Source of the DNA: the human T2T-CHM13v2.0 reference genome, Homo sapiens
Reading direction: 5' to 3' (one strand)
NCBI RefSeq assembly: GCF_009914755.1
Contig: NC_060926.1
DNA length: 64,000 nt
Of this stretch, positions 40,500 through 50,614 are shown piece after piece. The notes under the pieces were generated by a model. It had not been told where the DNA came from, did no database searches, and saw nothing but the letters and a program-made list of their open reading frames with translations. Position 1 is the stretch's first letter. Each line of letters starts with the position of its first letter. The translations under genes were made by a program, and so were the position numbers.

Positions 40500-42470
40500 A
40501 CGGAAAAGGTTACAGGGGCTGGTGTAAGGTTGGATGGGAACGTGAATGAGATCCAGGATATGGTACATGGGGCTCCTGGCTCTCCCTGTGTAATGTGCCC
40601 CAAGTTCCCCTGGATTCCACTGAAAACAGGGAGTGGAAGGGTGGGTTTGGAGTGAGGATAACCAGGATCGTCACACTCACATAAGCACAGAACCTCAGGG
40701 ATCTTCAGGGCTGACACCCTGAACGCCCACCACATTCCCTAGCCCCCAGTGTCTCAGCTCTCCAGGCGGGGCCTCTGAGGCTAGACCGCTGTCTCGCCCA
40801 GGGATGCTCGCGGACTGCGGCACTAGCGAACGCGCAATTCCCTTCCCCAGGGAAGCCACGCAGGGGCTTTCCCCGACGGCGTCTCACAGCCAAGTGAGCT
40901 TGTGAACACGGAGACGGCCGAGGATCCGAGACAAGGAGCTCGCTCGCTCGGTTTTTCCCGGGCTGTGTTTGCCATTCGCGGGAATAAATGAAGCATCGGT
41001 AATCTCCATAAAAGAGCTTTCACGCTTCATTCTCTGAAACTAAGTTGAGGCTTAGACGGAAAGGAGAAAAGAGACTTTTAATTTAAAGTAATGATCATCA
41101 ACACTCAGGTGCTAGAGGGTCTCTGGGGAAAGGGGGTCCCTACCCCACCCGGGGTAGCGGGAGGGAGGCCGCCTCTCTGCGCCTAGCCGGGCGGGCCTTG
41201 ACTTGCTAGGATTGGTGGGCCAAATCCCATCTCCGGGGAGCCTTCAAATAACTCTCCCATGGGGAACTGAGGAGGCGCGGGAGCCTAGGGCGGAAAAAGC
41301 TGAAGAGCCGTGGTCCCGGAGAAAAGGAAGTGAGCAGTCTCAATGGAGGCCCGAGCCTCTCCAAGGCCACCCTGCAGGCAGCAGCGACTTCTTCCTGGGG
41401 CAAAAGTCGCGCACTACCTGCGGGAACGTCCGCTGCCAGGGCGCCGCCCGGGACCCCAGAGCATACCTGGTTCCCTTCCTGGTGGCCGGTCCTGTTTGGG
41501 GCCAAAGTTTGCATGCGATGGGCACAAAGGACTCTGCGCCTCCTTTCCCTAACCCCAAGCCCTGGGCGGTCGGAGAACCCAAGACGGGTTCAATCCCGAA
41601 AAGCAAACTTTGTTAACTTCTGGCTGAATTTGGCACGGCGGAGGGGGGAGTGGGCAATAATCCCTCCATTCTCCCCTCCACCAACACCCAGGGTCCCTCA
41701 CTTACATCGCAGTCCCCAAGTCAACACTCGACTTGTCACTTTGCACCACAATGCGGTCAGCCCTGTGAGGACATGAAGAATGGATATGAAACTCGAGGCC
41801 AGATAAGCGTGGAACTAGGTTCAGCCGTCCTCCCTGGGGTACCTACCTCCCTACTCCCGACAGAGCTGTGAGCCTCCGCCTGCTGAGAGGAGGGCACTTG
41901 GGCGGACCTGAAGTTAAGAGGCCCGGGGTGAAGGCCAGAGCTCAATCTGCAGGGATAGAAGGCGCGGGAAATCCAGCAAAGGATGGAAGAACAGTCCCTG
42001 CCAGGCCGCGGCCTCCTCGCCCCCGCCTGCCCGGCCTCACCCTTCTGGAAGTTCCTCCAGGCCTGGGTGGGGGCCGCCAGGGAAGGCGCAGAGGGAGGGC
42101 AAGTTGGCGCCGCTAGTTTTAGAGAAATCCTAAGTAAACAGTGAACCCGAGCAGGAAACCTCAGCTTTGCCTGGGTAAGAGAACTGGCCACACAGCTCCA
42201 AGAAAGGAGAGGAGGAGAACAAATCTCTGCGCCCTGAGGATGGTGGCTTTATTGCGGAAAGAGGTGGTGGGGCCGGAGCTGCTCTGCAACTTCCTCTCGC
42301 CCCCTCAAAAAAAAAAAAAGTATCCCGCAGCGAGGATTTCAGAAGGGGCTCACCTGGTGCAGGAAAGTTCAGTTGGCAGCCCTTCGCGAGCAGGTCCTCC
42401 CCAGCCCGCACCGAGAAGGCAGGCGCCCGGGCCCTCTGACTCCAGTGGCTCAGAGCCGGCTCAGGACTGG
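40500..42470 (-). ncRNA. Candidate spliced lncRNA downstream of EN1 (possibly the RP11-19E11.1/LINC01956-type transcript; identity not verified)
   Basis: Minus-strand splice signals: donor CAG|GTGAGC (42354/3), acceptor ttctatccctgcAG| (41947/6), donor GAT|GTAAGT (41706/5), and a pyrimidine tract plus tttcAG| (41034/3). I recall an EN1-adjacent lncRNA but cannot confirm its coordinates. The ends given are guesses. Confidence 0.4.
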
Positions 42471-43760
42471 CAGGGCGAGGAGCCGGCGGGCCGAGCCAGC
42501 GAGGGTTTGGGCTGCCCGCGGTGTGTGTGCAAGAGCGCGCGCCTCGTGTAACCATTCAGGACCAGTTGAAGCAACACAAATAAAGTCAGGTCTCTTCAGC
42601 CTTGCTGTCCACCCCTCCCCCTCTTCCTGGTTTGACCCTGGCCTGGCCGCTCTGAGGCCCAGTTTGCGCAGCCGACATTGCGTGGCTACTCTCATTACCA
42701 GGGGAAGGGCGCTCCCCTTTTCCCTGGTAATACTCCGGGAGCCCCTACTCGGAAGCCCGAGAGTCAAAGGGATACAGGGGTGACTGGAGAGCAGCGGGGG
42801 ACAGCGTGGCCTCACCCAAGGTCAGCGCTGGTCCCCACGTGTCGGCCGGGGGAGGGGAGGGGAGCGGACAGTCGGAGCGTTCGGATGTCCAGTTGAGCCG
42901 CGGCGCGGGGCAGCCGGGGGCGCAAAGTTGGAGGCAGGGCTGGGCGACGAGGAGAGAGGGAGGGCCGGGAGCCGAAGGGACGCCCGGGTGCACCCCGCTG
43001 CAGAGGCCGAGTCCGAGCGGCCGGAGAAGGCTGGTCGCAGAAGGGCGGCCTCCGGTGCAAAAAACGGAAACCTTGGAGCAGAGGATGAGGAGGAATACGG
43101 AGGCGGGGAGCCCACAGAAAAAGATGTTGAGGAAAGAAGAGGAGACCCCGGCCTAAACAAATCGAAACTGTGCAATGAACGTGGCCCGGGAGAACCGGGG
43201 GTGAGGGGCGATGGCTGGAGCCTGCGGCCCAAGCACAGCTTTCAGACGCTTGCCCGGACCCTGGCGCGGGGAGGCGGCCGGGACTGCCTTTCTGCGCGCG
43301 TCCCTGGAGAGCGGGTGGGCAGGACCTGCGCCCCGCGGTGGGCAAGAAGATTTGGGGTTTCGCAGTTCCTGGGGTCGGGGGCGGGGGTGAAGTGCCCTCA
43401 GAGACCTCGGCGGAGCCCCAGTTGCGCTCCCATCTCCAGCCCCCACTGGAGAGAGGGGGTCCAGGGCCGTACCCTCCTGCGGCCTGGGCTGCGCTGACCG
43501 GAAGTGCCTGTAAGAAGCGCCCTCCGCGGACCGTGCCGGGCGCGGGCAGCTCCAGCCGGGTTGGAGCAAGGCCAAGACGCCCGGATGGGGCGGGCCGTTT
43601 CGGCGGACCCAGTCTGGACGCAGGTGCGGGAGGAAAGTGTGAGGGGGGAAACTGCTGATTGTGCGGGGATAGGGGCATCTTAATCTGGGAAAAGATCGGA
43701 ATCTCTTGGGACGCTAATCTGAGACCCGGGTCGGAGGTGTAGAGTAGGGGTGTGTGAGCA
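40770..43760. promoter_or_regulatory. Orphan CpG island about 6-9 kb downstream of EN1
   Basis: About 3 kb of CpG-rich, repeat-free sequence with no recognisable protein-coding ORF. Confidence 0.8.
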
Positions 43761-43989
43761 GGAACTCGGACCTGAGTTACAGAGTAAGAGGGAAGAGGGC
43801 TGGAGAGGTGCTGAGGCTACTCCTAGTTAAGACTGAAGGAGAGGAGAGGAGGGATAACAGCCCTTCACGCAAATCAGTGCTCCCCCTGCTCCCCCAGGTG
43901 CCAAAGTCCAGGACCAATGTGGAGACTTGACACTGCGCTATGCGACTGCGAATCATTCTTCTATTTATAAGTAACTACAGTATAGACTT

Positions 43990-44160
43990 CAACGTGATTT
44001 GGTGAGACCTTAGCAGGATGACCCTGGACCTCACTTTTCTTATCTGTAAGGTGGGGATTATAATAGGCAACACACAGAAATGTATGTTGTTGAAGGAAAT
44101 AAATTGTGTTAAATGGCTAGCAATGTGCACGGAAGACCCTCAGTGATTAATGATCATGTT
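43990..44160 (+). mobile_element. MIR fragment
   Basis: cctcacttttcttatctgtaaggtggggattataatag. Confidence 0.6.
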
Positions 44161-47100
44161 AATTTTGAATTTCTGGGAGTGACATCTTCTGAATTGCCTG
44201 CACTCTGCTAAATGGACAAGTCCTGTACCTGGAGGTGAAGGGGCGGGGGAAGGGCAAGGAGAGCCCTGCTGTGGTCGTTACTGGGACTCGCTTTTGTTTT
44301 CTTCAGGATTCAGTATTGAAATTGGGAGTGTGGAGGCGGCTTCTCCCCAGCTCTCTCCGTCCAGTTTTCCACTGTGTTCTATTTATCAGATGGCAGAGCC
44401 GTGGGTCTCGCTGCAGGAAATGGTTGCTGTCAGGGCCCGATTGCTGCTGTCAGGGCCCAAGCCCACTCTTGCAGTAGTCGTGGTTGAATCAGAAATTCTC
44501 CTGGGTCCCTTCTGTCTTTGGACTCTCATCTCTCTCACAGGAGGCTCCCGCCCCTCTGCGCTGGTCCTGGAGGCCTGCAGACCAGGTCTTCAGGAGGAGG
44601 GGAGGATGCGAGCACCCCAGATGGAGCTTTCTCCGTGCGCTTGTGTGGTGGCAGGGGGCAGAGAGGAATCTAAGTTGTGCCCGGCTTTATACCCCACTCC
44701 TCATCAGAGTTGAGGAGGGGGAGGCGAGTACTCACTAGTCTCCTCTACAATCCCCTGCCCCCTCCTGGCACTCCCACCCACCTGCCTGCCAAAGGCAGAG
44801 TCACAGGCTGTTGATAAGAATACTCTCTTCAGGATGTGTGTGCATGCACACACACAATACATTTCTGCTTTTCTATTGGGTCACACATACCTAGAGTCTT
44901 CCATTACTATAGCCTGAAATCTTCCCAAATGTCCTCAAAACACCCCACCCCCATACCTGTGGGGAGAATTCCAGAGTGGAGGGGCCCACTCCATCTCCAG
45001 AGTGGCACCCAGGTGGAGAAGGCTGTATTCGAAGCAAATTCAAGGAGCAAATTTTAATGGCCCATGACTTACCAAGCCTCTGAGAAATCTGTTTGGGATG
45101 TTTACCTCCTCTTGCCCTGGGTCTGCTCCGGTCCCAAGAGCTACAGCTGGGAGAGCACTGAGTGTACTTGCTGGTGGGAGAGGGTTGTAGCATTGGGTCT
45201 GTGTCTGAGCACAGGCACCTGGACTGGACCAGCTGCCTCCAGGGGAGAGAGAAGGGGCTGCCTCTCCTTTTGGTGGCTTCCACAGAAAGGAGAGGGCACA
45301 CAGGTCTGTCCTGAGCCCTGGAAACAATGTCTTTTCCCTCCCCTGGCTAGGGGTGAAGCCCACCAGCTGGGGCATGCAGGTGCATCTTGGACACCAGTAT
45401 GTGTATTCCTGGCTCATGTATAGTTGTGTGCCAGAACCTTCTACACAGGCAATGTCCATGTGCTTGCTGTGAACACACTGTATATTGGTCCACTGACATT
45501 TGTATACATGCCTATGTTTTGCATGTGTGCATATGTATCCACATGGGTGTGTGCATGCTTATGCATTTGTATGTGTGGAAGTGTGTACATGTGTGCATTG
45601 TGACTGCATGCATGTTGACATTACCCACTTGACGGCACAGTGAGGAGAGGCCTGGACTGATAGGAAATCTGAGGACTTTGCCTCTCATTTGCCTTGTGCT
45701 TTCTCTTGGGGCACTTTCTCTCTCAGGATTTTGTAATTCAAGAATCTCTGAGGACCCTTCCAACACTGACATTGCATTAAAAGACTGGCCTAAAGCATTT
45801 GGGGAGGCGTGGAGGCTGGCAGAGTCCCTAGCCCTTCCCCTTTCCACAGGTTGCCAAAGAAGAGAAACCCTCTCCTCAGAGTTCAAAGTGAGAGAGGACA
45901 ATGGAGGTTTCTGGTGGGAGTGAGGAGGGATGAAGATACTCTGCCACCTCCCACAGACGGGGATGAGCATAGTCTTCCATTTGAACCCACTGTGACATCC
46001 AGACTAAAAGGGTCCAGGCTCTGAGGTGAAGCTGGGGAGGACACCTGGATGCCTCTCTGCCCTTCTCTGCCCTGCTCCCCTGTATGGTGGAAGCAGAGGA
46101 TAGTGGGTTGACTAGATCGCCAGAAGAACGGCCTGTCTCATTCACACAAAGGAAAAACCAGGCTGACCATGGAAGGAATTGATGGCCATCCCACAGTAGC
46201 TGCGGCAGACACATTCATCCAGGGTGCAGTGTGGCCCTGGCCTGCATCTCCTGGACCTCCAGGAGACAGCCAAAGCTCACCCCTGCCTTGTAGCTTGGCC
46301 CTTTTTGGGGCCTTTTTTCTACTGTGTGTGTTGGGGCTTGGAGTGTCCTGGGGCACAGTAGCCTCCCCCATGGTATTATCTCTAGACACCCTGCCACAGG
46401 TGACAGATGGGTGTAGGGGCCTGGGAGGGTACAGGCTAGCAGGTCACTGCTCTGTTCCCTGGGCAGCCCCATCTAGGGAGCTTAAGAACTGGGTACACAT
46501 ACACACACCCACAGACATCAAACAGTCACTACTAGAGGCCATATACCCAAAGCACACACTTCCACCTCCCAAACCTAAATAAATATACTCAGTACCATCC
46601 CTATACAAATGCCCACACACAGTACAACCCACGAATACACACGAACCAACGCAATCACACCAAGCAACCCCACATTCCCAAATACCACAACACCCTCTCC
46701 TTCCACTTTCCTTCCTCCTTCCCTCAGCCCCATCCATGGCCTTCCCCCTAACCCTACTGAAGAAAAGAGAGTTTCCAGCAAGAAAACAGAGACCTTTGCC
46801 CTCAGAAAGAACCAGGGATCAATACTGTTTAGACTCAGCTAGCATGTATTTCCTTTTAGGCTGAGGAAGATTTAAGTTTATGGTTCAATTCAATCTTTAA
46901 AAAAAAGGAAAAGCAGAAAATGAGGCAGTTGGGATGGCGTGCTCAAGTATTTATTTCACTGCAGCCCCAGACCTGAATACACAGGTGGCTCACTAAGCCA
47001 GCCCCATAAATCAGAGAAATCAATGCCCGTTTATGATCATTATTAGTTTCTTTTTTTAAAAGGGCGTGCAAGAAAAAGGTCCCACCAGAATCCTCCTCCC

Positions 47101-49529
47101 CTCTCCTCTACTCCAATCAGAAAGAAGGAAAAATGGAGAGAAGATGGGAAAGTCATCCTGGATGATGGCTTCAGGGCCTTGGCCAGATCCTTGAGGTCGA
47201 TGCGACTTAGACATACATAGTCAAGGAGGAGGCACAAACAAAATGTTTAAGTTCTCAGAGCTTCATGTTCTTTCACTGAACAATGAAGAAAAATCCATTT
47301 TCCCATAGTGATTGGAAGATAAAAGGAGATAATGGGCAAGAAAGCAAATTACATAATAATGACATTCACGTCTATACACTTTACTGACACAATCATGGGG
47401 ATGGGTGACCACCTTCTCCTCCTCTCGCTGGGTTAAAGGAAAGAGCTCTTGACTTTGATCTCTTGGATAGAGGAAGGGGAGCATGAGGAATGGGGTGGTT
47501 CCTAGAGTTGCTGCTCACACCGACCTCTGTCCCAGCCTCTGGACCTGGTAGTCTTGGGGGACTTGAATATCCTAAGAGGCCACAATAGGGAGGGGAGAAG
47601 GGAGTGTAGCCAATTCCTAGACATTCAAAATAGTAAGGTTCTCCAATATATAGAGTTGAGCATCCTTAACATCACATCTGATGTGCTGGGAGGGTGAAAT
47701 GGAATGGGACTCTTCCTGAAATTCTGAGAGGTATTAGGAGAAGGGTGCTCCAAGACACAGGCCTCAGACTGTTTAACAGGAAAGCCTGGAAGGCTTGAAG
47801 AGTCCAAGCCCACTCCCCAAGGCAAGCAAAGCACAGGCTTTTGACTACCAGAAAACAACTCCCCTAGACCAACCCCAGGGAAGGGCCCATCTCACTGCTT
47901 CTAACTCTGCCCACAAAGATTGGTTGAGCACCTATTATATGCAAGAGTTACTCCTCCAGAAAACAATGGGCAGATGGAAGGAAGGAAATTAATTGCGATA
48001 AAGTTGGGAACCCACAGCAGTGTCAAATGCACCCTCCAATTCCACTCTAGCCGCCAAACCCTTATGTAGGGATTTGGAGGGGACCTAGGCTTCCTGGGAT
48101 TGAGATCTAGCCCTGTTAGTTCCCCGGCCAGGAGCAAACAGTACATTGGGCCAAATCAGGGAAAATTTTTCAATAAAAAAGGTGGAATAACTAGCCATTA
48201 TCATTTTGCACAAAATCAATCCTACAAAAACAGTTGAGAAACTCAAGGGAAGAGCACAGAGAACAGGGATCTCACACATGAACAAACCCAGCAAACACAC
48301 CTGCAGACATTCCAGTGTGCAAACACAAATTCATGCATGTACACACAGTGAACTCACAAACGTCCAATTGTGTATCTAATTAGAGAAGAAAATCAGTTGC
48401 ACAATACTCACGGGTACAGGAATACACAAAAAACTGGTAGGAACTTAGGTGCACCAATATCTGCACATTATTGTATATGCACACAAGTATGTGTGGGCAC
48501 CTGCCCGTCTAGCTGCACACGTGTGGGTATATACATACATATTGCCGAAGAGAGAAAAAATGTGGGAGTGGAATTTACAATTTAAAAAAATCCTGGACAA
48601 AGATAATACCTCCTGAGAAGGAAACTTCCCTTCCTCCCCTTAACCTCTTAAGATCTGAGAGCAGCTCCTGCTCTGGAAGGATGGGCCCCAGTGTTAGCAG
48701 CAAGAGGCCAGACATTTCCTTCTGGGAACCCAGGGTGTCCTGAGGGCCCTGGGGGCTTCTATGTGCGCCCCCCTTGGTGAGGAAGAAAGTTAGGCTTTGT
48801 TGGGATGCCTAAGGGAACCCTCTTTGGTTTAGGGCCCAGATACGGCAGACGTGCGCCCACCTCGGGTTCAAGGCCCAAGCAGCCACTCCGAACAGCTTTC
48901 CCAGCATTTGGGCCTCCTCTCCTCCGGCATTGCGGGCCCAGGAGATCCGAGCCCCGCGAGGCTCCGCAGGCCGCCCCCGGACCTGCTGCTTCGCCAACAG
49001 AAGCCCTCCCGCAAACGAAGTGCAGTGAGTCCAGGCGGCCAAGAGGCCAGGCCAAAGTGCCCCTCGCCCAAGCGGGCTGTCGGGGAGGGAGGAAGGCAGG
49101 CCCCCTTCTATCTCTGGATAAAAAAAATCTGCAGCAAAACCTGCACCAGGGGAAATAAAAGAAAGAAAGAAAAAGAAAAGTGCAGGTTGGAGTGAAAAGC
49201 AGTTTGTACAGGAGGAGGCCGCCACTGGGCTGGGCCTGGACCGGTGCGGGGAGCTGCCCCGCAGCCCAGGCAGCGTTTCCGAAGCCAGGACTGTGGTTGT
49301 CGGCCTTTGAGTTCCCTTGAACGCAATCGGAGACCAGGCGTGTCCCGCCAGACCCTTCAGACCCAGGCTAAACCCAAATCTGGGTCGCGCTTCCCCTTCG
49401 CCCTGCATTCGTTGTGCGGTGATCGCAAGGCCCGGCCGGCTCCCCGCCCGGCGTGCGCAGGGGCGCTGGGGCGCTGTGTGCCCGGACCCACGTCCTTCCC
49501 GAGCCCGCAAACAGGAGAGCCGCCAGCGC

Positions 49530-50297
49530 TCGTGAGCACAGTGTACACTTTATTTCAGACTACAGGTTTCTGAACATAATAAAATCTTTGGCTTGTAGCG
49601 GCGGTTCAGTCTCGCAGTCTGTGGGGTCGTATTTCTCAACAAGTCTCCGGAAAACGAAAGGGGGGCAGAACAGACAGACCGACAGAAGGGACCCGGGAGG
49701 TGGGGGAGAAGAGGTGGGCAGACACGAAAGGAAACACACTCTCGCACACAAAGAAAAGTCCCAGAGAAACCAGGGCCGGCGATGCGGGTCGGGAGGCACC
49801 GGAGAAGCAATGACATTCAAATGAAAAAGGCAACGAAAACGAAACTGGGCTGGGGGCAGCGAGGCGGTGGGGGAGGGGATAAAATAATTATAATAATTAT
49901 AATAATTATAACAATAATAATAAAGGAGATTAATAAAAATGTCCAGCAAATAGAGATCGCTACACGTATGTGTTTTCCTTACCTGAAATTAAATATATAC
50001 AAGGTCGTAAGCGGTTTGGCTAGATAGAGCTTTAAGGAGTTCGCAGTTTCGTCCCTTATACTGGGAATAGAGAATGGATCTTATTTTTCGATAGCACCTG
50101 TCCGAGTCTTTCTCCCTTTTCAAAAATGCTGCGTTTCAACGTCATTGTCCATTCTGAGGCTCTCTTTCTGTCTCTCTCGCTCTTTTCCCTGCGCTCCCTC
50201 CCTCCTTGGAGCAGATGCTTTCTCCCCCAGCGAGGGGCCGGGAGACGACGGCGGCGGTGCCGGGAGGGGGCGCGGGCGCGGCCCCGGCCTGTGGCGG
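49530..50297 (-). other. EN1: EN1 3' UTR (3' end approximate)
   Basis: Runs from the stop codon to just past AATAAA at 49554-49549; contains AU-rich segments. Confidence 0.8.
49549..49554 (-). terminator. EN1 polyadenylation signal AATAAA
   Basis: tttatt on + strand is AATAAA on - strand; a U/GU-containing segment (ctctcctgtttgc) follows about 30 nt downstream. Confidence 0.8.
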
Positions 50298-50614
50298 CTA
50301 CTCGCTCTCGTCTTTGTCCTGGACCGTGGTGGTGGAGTGGTTGTACAGTCCCTGGGCCATGAGGTGCAGCGCCAGGCCGTTCTTGATGCCTGTGGCTTTC
50401 TTGATCTTGGCGCGCTTGTTCTGGAACCAGATCTTGATCTGGGACTCGTTGAGGCTGAGTTCCTGGGCCAGGGTCTGCCGCCGCTGCTCCGTGATGTAGC
50501 GGTTTGCCTGGAACTCCGCCTTGAGTCTCTGCAGCTGCTCGGCCGTGAACGCGGTCCGCGGCCGCTTGTCCTCCTTCTCGTTCTTCTTCTTCTTCAGCTT
50601 CCTGGTGCGCGGAC
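50298..50614 (-). CDS. EN1: Homeobox protein engrailed-1, coding exon 2 (317 nt, homeodomain)
   Basis: Acceptor ctgcAG|GT at 50615/50614. Encodes [72 protein letters not shown] and EH5 ([13 protein letters not shown]), with TAG at 50300-50298. 862+317=1179 nt = 392 aa + stop. Confidence 0.98.

Noticed and set aside
42130-43678. ORFs up to 288 aa in the downstream CpG island
   Set aside because: Pro/Gly/Arg/Ala-biased, overlapping in all frames, with no recognisable domain.
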